The notes under the pieces are model-generated. The model was not told where the DNA came from. It searched no databases and saw only the letters and a program-made list of their open reading frames with translations. Position numbers and translations under genes: made by a program. From an uncultured Actinomycetes bacterium (GTDB lineage Bacteria; Actinomycetota; Thermoleophilia; UBA2241), in assembly GCA_963725665.1 (NCBI GenBank), contig CAVRZA010000003.1, forward strand, positions 64,001 to 128,000: a DNA stretch of 64,000 nt, read 5' to 3'. This document shows, piece by piece, positions 35,952 through 43,443 of the stretch; position 1 is the first letter of the stretch, and each line of letters opens with the position of its first letter.

Positions 35952-37196
35952 GTGGAGTATCGCAGCTTCGGCAAGGTCGCCTTCAGACCATCGGCCCTCG
36001 GCTTCGGCGCCATGCGCCTGCCGACGCTGCCGGGGGTGTCCGAGGCTGCCGAAGCGACCTCCAGCGCCGTGGACTCCATCGATCACGACGCGGCGACGGC
36101 CATGCTGCGCTACGCCGTCGAGCACGGCGTCAACTACGTCGACACGGCCTACGACTACCACGGCGGTGAGAGCGAGGTGTGGCTGGGAGGCGCGCTGCGC
36201 GACGTGGCGCGCGCACTCCACGGCCGGGACGACGCCGCCTGGCTTGCCTTTCGCCGCCGGGTCAAGGTCGCCACGAAGCTGCCTGCCTGGAAGTGCCGGG
36301 AGCGGGAGGACTTCGAGCGCTACTTCGGCGAGCAGCTCGAGCGTCTGCGGCTGCCGTCGGTCGACTTCTACCTGCTTCACAGTCTGAGCACCGACTCGTG
36401 GGCGCAGGTGCACGACATCGGTGTGCTCGAGTGGGCCAAGAAGGCCCGGGCCAAGGGGAGGATCACCCACTTCGGTTTCTCGTTCCACGACGGCTTGGCC
36501 ACGTTCAAGGAGATCGTCGACGCGACGAAGCTCTGGGACTTCTGCCAGATCCAGTACAACTACATGGACGAGGACTACCAGGCGGGCAGCGAGGGCCTGC
36601 GCTACGCGGCGCGCAAAGGCCTCGGCGTCGTCGTCATGGAGCCCATCCGCGGCGGCTACCTGGCCGGGACTCCGCCCCAGACTGTGGCGGCGCTCTGGCG
36701 GCGCGCCGAAGCCGAAGGCTTCGACGGCGCGCCGCGCCCACCGGCCGAGTGGGCGCTGCAGTGGGTCTGGGACCACGTCGAAGTGGGCCCGGTCCTGAGC
36801 GGCATGAGCACCATGGAGCAGGTGGTCGAGAACGTCGCCGGCGCCGAGCGGTCGGCGCCGGGCCGTCTGACCGCCGCCGAGCGTGCTCTCGTCGCCCAGG
36901 TGCGCGACGCCTACCGCGAGCTTTCGCCTATCGCCTGCACGGCCTGCGACTACTGTCAGCCCTGCCGCGAGGGCGTCAAGATCCCGCGCATCTTCGCCAT
37001 CTACAACGATGCGATCATGTACGACAACGAGGCCGGGGCACGCCGCTCCTACTCGTGGCTCGCCGAGGAGCAGCGCGCCGACCGTTGCACGCACTGCGGC
37101 GAGTGCGAGGCGCGTTGCCCCCAGAAGCTCCCCGTCACCGATTGGCTCGAGGTCTGTCAGCGGTTCCTCTGCGAGCCACCGTCAGTGTCCTCGTAG
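35952..37196 (+). CDS. Aldo/keto reductase with C-terminal 4Fe-4S dicluster
   Basis: LGFGAMRLP, NYVDTAY, ATKL, YLLH, GFSFH, MEP; CTACDYCQPC and CTHCGECEARCP. Confidence 0.93.
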   Translation: MEYRSFGKVAFRPSALGFGAMRLPTLPGVSEAAEATSSAVDSIDHDAATAMLRYAVEHGVNYVDTAYDYHGGESEVWLGGALRDVARALHGRDDAAWLAFRRRVKVATKLPAWKCREREDFERYFGEQLERLRLPSVDFYLLHSLSTDSWAQVHDIGVLEWAKKARAKGRITHFGFSFHDGLATFKEIVDATKLWDFCQIQYNYMDEDYQAGSEGLRYAARKGLGVVVMEPIRGGYLAGTPPQTVAALWRRAEAEGFDGAPRPPAEWALQWVWDHVEVGPVLSGMSTMEQVVENVAGAERSAPGRLTAAERALVAQVRDAYRELSPIACTACDYCQPCREGVKIPRIFAIYNDAIMYDNEAGARRSYSWLAEEQRADRCTHCGECEARCPQKLPVTDWLEVCQRFLCEPPSVSS

Positions 37197-37459
37197 CGTA
37201 AGGACGCGTGAGCCGATCGGCATCCCTTCCCGCCGTGAACGGCGGGGAGCGTGGACTATCCTGCTGGACCTTCCTCGGCGAACGAGGGTCGGCTGGTCAG
37301 TGCGACACGTCCAAGAGCCGCCTGGTCACGCCGGCGACGCGGGAAGGCCGACCGCCCGTCATGACCATCTCCCGATCACGTCCGTCCCCACGTAAGTATG
37401 GTAACCCGATAGTACCCCATTTCGTCACGATGTTGGAGCGAGTCTGAAGGGTGGAACAA

Positions 37460-37475
37460 ATACCCACAGGGGTAT
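37460..37475. promoter_or_regulatory. CsoR/RcnR-type operator
   Basis: ATACCC-ACAG-GGGTAT inverted repeat about 40 nt upstream of the OsmC-family start. Confidence 0.6.
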
Positions 37476-37514
37476 ATAGTGTGCCGGGAGGACGAACGCG
37501 ACAACGGAGGGAAT

Positions 37515-37931
37515 GTGAAGGCTGACATGGAGATCTACTTCCCGGGCGGCAAGAGGGTCTACGCCGATTACAAGGGCTTCACCGTCGAGACAGACCAGCC
37601 GGTGGCCGCGGGCGGCGGTGGCAGCGCGCCGGCGCCCTTCGACCTCTTCATGACGTCGATCGGGACCTGCGCCGGCATCTACCTGCTCGCCTTCCTCGAA
37701 CAGCGCGGTCTGGCGACCGCGGACGCCGGTGTGAGCATGAGTCGCGAGATCGATCCGCAGACGGGGCTCGTCAGCCGCATCAAGCTCGACCTGCACCTGC
37801 CGGCCGACTTTCCCGAGAAGTACCGCGACGCCGTGGTGCGCGCCGTCGAGCAGTGCGCGGTCAAGCGCCACCTGCACCAGCCGCCGGCGTTCGATGTGAG
37901 GCCGATCGTCGGGACGGCCGAGACGGCGTAG
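37515..37931 (+). CDS. OsmC family protein
   Basis: TDQP..GG..SAPAPFDLF...GTCAG...FPEKYR...CAVKRH. Confidence 0.88.
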   Translation: MKADMEIYFPGGKRVYADYKGFTVETDQPVAAGGGGSAPAPFDLFMTSIGTCAGIYLLAFLEQRGLATADAGVSMSREIDPQTGLVSRIKLDLHLPADFPEKYRDAVVRAVEQCAVKRHLHQPPAFDVRPIVGTAETA

Positions 37932-38041
37932 CGTCCCTCAGGACCACCTGCCGGGGCCATGCCCGCCGGCGGTACCTGCTAGAGTCAGGCTCGACCGGCC
38001 CTGCGCGCCGTGCAAACGCGCCGTGAGCAAGGAGAGCCCAA

Positions 38042-38617
38042 GTGAACGTCGTCGCCTTCAACGGCAGCCCGCTCAAAGACGGCAACACCGCCATCCTCAT
38101 CCGTCACGTTCTGGCGGAGCTCGAGCGCGAAGGCATCGCGACGGAGCTTGTCCACATCGGCGACCAAGGACTCGTAGGCTGCACCGACTGCGGCGTCTGC
38201 GCCGAGCGCAAGGACGATCGCTGTGCGATCGACGACGACCCCGTGAACGACTGGATCGAGAAGACAGTGGCCGCGGACGGCATCATCATCGGCTCGCCGG
38301 TGTACTACGCGAACTGCACGGCCTCGACCCAGGCCTTCATCGAGCGTTGTGGCTACCCGCTGCGCAAGGGCAGCAACCCGCTGCCGCGCAAGGTGGGAGC
38401 GGCGGTCGTCGCCGCGCGTCGCGCCGGCGCGATGCACGCCTTCGATTCGATCAACCACTTCTTCCAGATCGCCGAGATGGTCGTCGTCGGCTCGAGCTAC
38501 TGGAACATCGGCATGGGCCGCGAGCCCGGCGAGGTCGAGCACGACGAAGAAGGCATCGCAACGATGCGTACCCTCGGCCGCAACATGGCCTGGGTGTTGA
38601 AGAAGCTGCACGGCTGA
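38042..38617 (+). CDS. Iron-sulfur flavoprotein (flavodoxin/WrbA family)
   Basis: NGSP...GNT, CTDCGVC.....RC, GSPVY, RRAG, SYWN. Confidence 0.92.
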   Translation: MNVVAFNGSPLKDGNTAILIRHVLAELEREGIATELVHIGDQGLVGCTDCGVCAERKDDRCAIDDDPVNDWIEKTVAADGIIIGSPVYYANCTASTQAFIERCGYPLRKGSNPLPRKVGAAVVAARRAGAMHAFDSINHFFQIAEMVVVGSSYWNIGMGREPGEVEHDEEGIATMRTLGRNMAWVLKKLHG

Positions 38618-38893
38618 GTCGTCTGAGCGTGATCGCGCCGCGTGTTCGAGCGGCGCGATCGCCGGCCAGCGCCGCACACTGTCCCAGCACACGGCACGTT
38701 CGCCCGCGCCCGCACCGACGCAGTGCATCCGCGCGCCGCGCCGCGTACCAGCGCAGCGCGCCTTCCGATCGTGCTAGAGGAGAGGGCCGTGCGGGGAAGA
38801 AGCTTCAGCAATGAGTGCTTTCCCGCGCCCACATGGCGATGTCGCCAGCAGGACACGGAGCAGAAGGCGCTGCACGAGCCGTTCCGTCCCCCT

Positions 38894-39553
38894 ATGGCGC
38901 GGCCAGTGGGCGGCCGGTTGCGCTTCTTCGCTGCGGCCGACCCCTGGCTCTACAAGGTGGCGCGCGTCCTGGTTCGTCCCACGGTGGCCCCGTTCTTCAG
39001 GCTCGAGGTGTCGGGCGAGGAGCGCCTGCCCCTCACGGGGCCGGCGCTCCTCGCCGTCAACCATCAGAGCGACATCGACCCGCTCTTCGTCGGCCTTGCG
39101 CTGGCGCGACCGCTGCACTACATGACGGAGGCCGAGAAGTTCGTTCGTCCTGTGCTACCGCATGTGATCTCGCGTCTCGGCTCCTTTCCCATCGTGCGCG
39201 GTGAGGCCGACCTGGGTGGGATGCGTGCCACGCTGCACCTGCTGGCGGCCGGCGAAGCCGTGGTGATCTTTCCCGAGGGCGGACCTTTCAGGGAGGGGCG
39301 GCCGCACGAGTTCCACCCCGGCGCGGGCATGATCGCCGTGCGCAGCGGGGCCCCCGTCTTCCCCCTGGCTCTGACGGGCGCCGACCGCCTGGCGCACGGC
39401 GGCCGGCTGCGCCGGCCGGCCGTGCGCCTCGCGGTCGGCGCCCCCCTCGACCTGTCGCGTTTCCAACGCCGCAAGGCCGAGTACGCCGCCGCGGCGGGCC
39501 TCATCAGATCGGCCGTGACCGACCTTTGCGAGCGGGAATCATCGCTGCGCTGA
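38894..39553 (+). CDS. Lysophospholipid acyltransferase (PlsC family)
   Basis: NHQSDID (HX4D), FPIVRG, IFPEG; start uncertain. Confidence 0.85.
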   Translation: MARPVGGRLRFFAAADPWLYKVARVLVRPTVAPFFRLEVSGEERLPLTGPALLAVNHQSDIDPLFVGLALARPLHYMTEAEKFVRPVLPHVISRLGSFPIVRGEADLGGMRATLHLLAAGEAVVIFPEGGPFREGRPHEFHPGAGMIAVRSGAPVFPLALTGADRLAHGGRLRRPAVRLAVGAPLDLSRFQRRKAEYAAAAGLIRSAVTDLCERESSLR

Positions 39554-39625
39554 GCCGAGACTTGGCGCGCGCCTCGTCGTGGGGCATACTTCTCGGCGGT
39601 GTCGGCAACCAGTGAGGTCGCGATC

Positions 39626-39751
39626 GTGAAAGACGTGGGACTCGGGTTCCTGCAGACCATCCTCTTCGCTGTCATCGTGGTCGCCCTGCTCGGCGGCGTC
39701 ATGCTCCTCGTGAACTACCTCGCCGCTCCCGTTGTGGGCGGCGCCTACTAG
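39626..39751 (+). CDS. Small single-TM protein (41 aa), not in the ORF track
   Basis: GTG after GAGGT; MKDVGLGFLQTILFAVIVVALLGGVMLLVNYLAAPVVGGAY*; GC-rich third codon positions. Confidence 0.6.
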   Translation: MKDVGLGFLQTILFAVIVVALLGGVMLLVNYLAAPVVGGAY

Positions 39752-39836
39752 CCGCACGTTCGCTCCGTAACGGTACGCTGAAGCGACGCAGCGTTGCCCC
39801 TCCTCGCGTTCGCACGGCGGTAGGAGTCGACAGAGA

Positions 39837-40841
39837 ATGCAGTCCGACGGCCATGTCATCGTCATCCGCGACCTGACGAAGCGCTATGGCGAGCTGGTCG
39901 CCGTCGACGGCATCTCGTTCTCGGTGGCCCGCGGAGAGATCTTCGGCATCCTGGGCCCCAACGGGGCCGGCAAGACCACCACCCTCGAGATGGTTGAAGG
40001 CCTGCGCAAGCCCGACGGAGGCTCGATCGTCGTCAACGGGCTCCCCGTGTGGCCGAAGCCCAAGCCGGTGAAGCGCATCATCGGCGTCCAGCTTCAGGCG
40101 ACGGCCCTCTTCGACTACCAGAGGGTGTGGGAGATCATCTACGTTTTCGGGTCCACCTACGGCATCTACCGCACACGGCAGGAGTGCCTGGCGCTGCTCG
40201 AGCGTGTCGGCATCGCCGACAAGGCGGATGCCTTCGCCAACCAGCTCTCCGGCGGTCAGGCGCAACGCCTGTCGATCGCGCTCGCCCTGGTGAACGACCC
40301 CGTCGTGACCTTCCTCGACGAGCCCACGACGGGGCTCGACCCGCGGGCGCGGCGTGCCTTGTGGGACGTCATCCGTGAGATCAACTACGCCGGGACGACG
40401 GTGGTCCTGACCTCTCACTACATGGAAGAGGCCGAACGCCTCTGCGATCGCGTGGCGGTGATGGACAGGGGCCACATCATGGACATGGGCCCGCCCCAGC
40501 AGCTAATCAACAAGCTGGGTGCCGAGGCCGTGGTGACGTTCACCCTGAGCCGCCGTCTGCCGCTGGCAGAGCTCTGCCGGCTGGAGGGCGTGAACGACTG
40601 CCGGGCCCAGGAGGAGATCGGCTACGAGCTGGTGGCGTCACACGCCCAGCGTGTCGTGGTGTCTCTGCTCGATCTGGCCCGCGAAAGAGACGTGAAGGTG
40701 GAGAACCTCGACGTCAAGGGTGCCACGCTGGAAGACGTCTTTCTCCAGCTCACAGGACGCAAGCTGGTCGAGGAAGAGGTGGAGGTTGCCGAGGGCGGTT
40801 CCCGGCGCCGTCGGTTCGCTTTCGGCGGGGGCAACCGATGA
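39837..40841 (+). CDS. ABC exporter ATP-binding subunit (DrrA-like)
   Basis: GPNGAGKTT, LSGGQ, FLDEPTTGLDP, SHYMEEAE. Confidence 0.93.
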   Translation: MQSDGHVIVIRDLTKRYGELVAVDGISFSVARGEIFGILGPNGAGKTTTLEMVEGLRKPDGGSIVVNGLPVWPKPKPVKRIIGVQLQATALFDYQRVWEIIYVFGSTYGIYRTRQECLALLERVGIADKADAFANQLSGGQAQRLSIALALVNDPVVTFLDEPTTGLDPRARRALWDVIREINYAGTTVVLTSHYMEEAERLCDRVAVMDRGHIMDMGPPQQLINKLGAEAVVTFTLSRRLPLAELCRLEGVNDCRAQEEIGYELVASHAQRVVVSLLDLARERDVKVENLDVKGATLEDVFLQLTGRKLVEEEVEVAEGGSRRRRFAFGGGNR

Positions 40842-41929
40842 GGACCTGGTTCGACTTCATGCGCGCCGACTTCCAGATCATGGTGCGCAACCGCCAGGCG
40901 CTCTTCTGGACGTTCTTCTTCCCCGTTCTTCTCATGGGGCTCATGGGCGTCGTGTTCGGCCAGGAGAACGCGTTCCAGATGAACATGCAGATCGTCGACC
41001 TCGACGGCACGCCGGCCGCGCAGCAGGTGATCACCGCATTCAAGCACGTGCCCGGCGTGAAGACGTCGGTGACGAACGACCGGCCGGCGGCTCTCGAGGC
41101 GCTGCAGAAGGGCGACTACGCCGCCGTCCTCGTGCTGCCCGCCGACATGGCGCAGAGCTTCGCGGCCGGCAGCCTCGCCATGCCCTTCTACTACGACAAC
41201 TCGAACATGATCGAGTCGTCGACCGTGCAGAGCCTGGTGCAGCAGGTGCTCACGCAGCTCTCCTACCGAGCCACGAACACCCAGCCCGCGTTCACCCTCC
41301 AGTCGCACGGCATCGCGGCGCTGGGCTTCGACTACATCGACTTCCTCGTGCCGGGGATAGTCGCCATGTCGCTCATGACCAGCGGCATCTACGCCGTGTC
41401 GGGGACATTCGTGAGCTACCGGGAGAAGGGCATCTTGCGTCGCCTCAAAGCAACGCCCATGCCGCTCACGAGCTTCATCTCCGCGCGCGTGCTCATGCAT
41501 CTCATCACGGCGCTGATCCAGGCCGCGCTCGTGATCGCAGTGGGCGTGTTCCTGTTCAACGTCCACGTCGCCAGCGGCCCGACCCTCTTCAAGGTCGGCG
41601 TCCTGGCGCTGATCGGCTCGAGCGCCTTCGTCACCATCGGGTTCTTCGTCGCCGCCGTGGCCAAGAACGTGGAGATCGCCGCGGCTCTCGGGAACATCAT
41701 CGGTACGCCGATGATGTTCCTCTCGGGCATCTTCTTCCCCATGGACAACGCGCCGGCGTGGATCCAGCCCATCGTCAATGCGCTGCCGTTGACCTACCTC
41801 GCTAGAGCCCTGCGCGACGTGTTCATCAAGGGCGCCAGCCTCTGGTTCGTGCGCTGGGATATCCTCGTGCTGCTGATCACTGCGGCCATCTTCCTGGCGC
41901 TCTCCGTGCGCCTGTTCAAGTGGGAGTAG
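40838..41929 (+). CDS. ABC-2 type permease
   Basis: YIDFLVPG, REKGILRRL, FLSGIFFP, LPLTY; ATGA overlap with the ATPase gene. Confidence 0.93.
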   Translation: MRTWFDFMRADFQIMVRNRQALFWTFFFPVLLMGLMGVVFGQENAFQMNMQIVDLDGTPAAQQVITAFKHVPGVKTSVTNDRPAALEALQKGDYAAVLVLPADMAQSFAAGSLAMPFYYDNSNMIESSTVQSLVQQVLTQLSYRATNTQPAFTLQSHGIAALGFDYIDFLVPGIVAMSLMTSGIYAVSGTFVSYREKGILRRLKATPMPLTSFISARVLMHLITALIQAALVIAVGVFLFNVHVASGPTLFKVGVLALIGSSAFVTIGFFVAAVAKNVEIAAALGNIIGTPMMFLSGIFFPMDNAPAWIQPIVNALPLTYLARALRDVFIKGASLWFVRWDILVLLITAAIFLALSVRLFKWE

Positions 41930-42049
41930 AAGGGCCGAAGCGCCACAGTCGCCTCGTCCTTGACCTTCGAGCATGGTGCCGTTGCGCCGCTGCTAGCATC
42001 GGCTGCGGTGGCTCCTCGTGTGCGGCGCCCAGACGAAGGGGGTGGTTAC

Positions 42050-42340
42050 GTGCCGAAGTACATGATCCTCATGAACTACACTGACCAAGGGATCCGCGAC
42101 GTCAAGAGCACGGCACAGAGGACCGCGGAGAACATCAAGGTGTTCGAGTCGATGGGGGGCAAGGTGCTGGGCGCCTACCTCGCCATGGGGCAGTACGACA
42201 TCGTCTCGATCGGCGAGGCACCCAGCGACGAGGTAGCGGCGGCGTTCCTGCTCAAGCTCGGCGCGGCCGGCAACGTGAAGACGACGACACTGAAGCTCTT
42301 CTCGTTCGACGAGGCGGCGAGCATCCTCGACAAGGTGTGA
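42050..42340 (+). CDS. GYD domain protein
   Basis: YTDQG, MGQYDIV, GNVKTTTL. Confidence 0.88.
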   Translation: MPKYMILMNYTDQGIRDVKSTAQRTAENIKVFESMGGKVLGAYLAMGQYDIVSIGEAPSDEVAAAFLLKLGAAGNVKTTTLKLFSFDEAASILDKV

Positions 42341-42415
42341 CGCAGAGAGACCCCTCGACCGGCGTCGGGGGGTGGCCGTGTTGGATCGGGCGTTCGACCG
42401 TCGAGGCGCCACCAC

Positions 42416-42456
42416 GTGAGGCGACGGGCCTCCCGATGGGAGGCCCGTCGCCTCAC
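42416..42456. terminator. Bidirectional hairpin between the GYD and FmdB genes
   Basis: GTGAGGCGACGGGCCTCCC-GAT-GGGAGGCCCGTCGCCTCAC. Confidence 0.75.
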
Positions 42457-42614
42457 CACTTCTTGGGCGGTTCGCAGGTGAACGAAGTGATGATCGGCGT
42501 GACCTTCTTGCCCTTGCACTTGGGGCACGCCGCGAGCTTGTCGCGGTCGTCCATGCGGCAGGTGATCTCGAAGCGCTCGCCGCACTTGTTGCACCGGTAC
42601 TCGTAGGTGGGCAT
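42453..42614 (-). CDS. FmdB-family zinc-ribbon protein (53 aa), not in the ORF track
   Basis: MPTYEYRCNKCGERFE...CPKC...SF; AAAGGAGG RBS. Confidence 0.9.
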   Translation of the reverse strand: MPTYEYRCNKCGERFEITCRMDDRDKLAACPKCKGKKVTPIITSFTCEPPKKW

Positions 42615-42817
42615 GTGCCCCTCCTTTCAGTGGCCCTGACCCCAGGGAGCATTGTACCGCCTGCGGTCTGCGAACCCGGAGCGTTTTCCCGCGTCTGTGC
42701 GCGCTGCTTGTGCCGGATGTCGGCTTCGGCTTTACTGGAACGAGTGGTCGATCGCGGAAGGTCGTCTTCTTCCGACATCACGCCGCGCGGCGAGCCGGCG
42801 ACCCGAGGGAGTCCGTC

Positions 42818-43381
42818 TTGGCCAAGTCGAAGAGCGCGAAGAAGCGCGGTCGCGCCCGTGTGCGCGCCGCGAGGAGTCCGGCACGGCCCGTCGCGGAGCG
42901 GGACTCGACCTCTCGCGCGTCGCGGCCGTCCTCCCAGAAGACGAGGCGCGGCGGCGCCGCGGAGGAGCCCCGGATCCGCTACCGCGAGACGACCGGCGGC
43001 GACCGGCGGCGGAATCTCCTCTACGTGGCGCTCTTCGTCACCTCGGCGTTCGTCGCCGGGACCGTCATCGCGCCGCGCCGGGGTGCCTTTGCCGCCGTCC
43101 TGCTCGTGCTCGTGACGCTCTGGGTACTTGTCGCCTGGCACAACAAGGGCTACGCCTACCGCTGCGCCAACTGCCGCCGCGTCTTCCGGGTCCCCACACT
43201 GGTGAACTTCCTGAGCTTCCAAGGCGTCGGGCGACGGCCCGACGGCACCTACCGCGGCTGGAAGTCGCTCACCTGCCCCTATTGCCATCAGCGTACCAAG
43301 GCGACGGTCGTGCGCAAGGTCGAGCCGGATAACAGACCGAAGCGCCGCTCGCCGGGCTCCGACGCGCAGTTGCTGCGCTAG
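42818..43381 (+). CDS. Membrane protein with basic N-terminus and C-terminal zinc ribbon
   Basis: Two TM segments followed by YRCANC...LTCPYC; TTG after GAGGGAG. Confidence 0.65.
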   Translation: MAKSKSAKKRGRARVRAARSPARPVAERDSTSRASRPSSQKTRRGGAAEEPRIRYRETTGGDRRRNLLYVALFVTSAFVAGTVIAPRRGAFAAVLLVLVTLWVLVAWHNKGYAYRCANCRRVFRVPTLVNFLSFQGVGRRPDGTYRGWKSLTCPYCHQRTKATVVRKVEPDNRPKRRSPGSDAQLLR

Positions 43382-43443
43382 GCGACCTCAGCTTCGCTCA
43401 CTGCGGGCCGGAAGACCGTTTTGCGGACTCGACGAGCCTCCGG

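Noticed and set aside
42416-42456. TGA of the FmdB-like gene followed by a hairpin, as a possible selenocysteine codon plus SECIS
   Set aside because: The TGA is part of a perfect stem between convergent genes, it is not at a Cys-equivalent position, and the read-through sequence is not protein-like. A terminator fits better.
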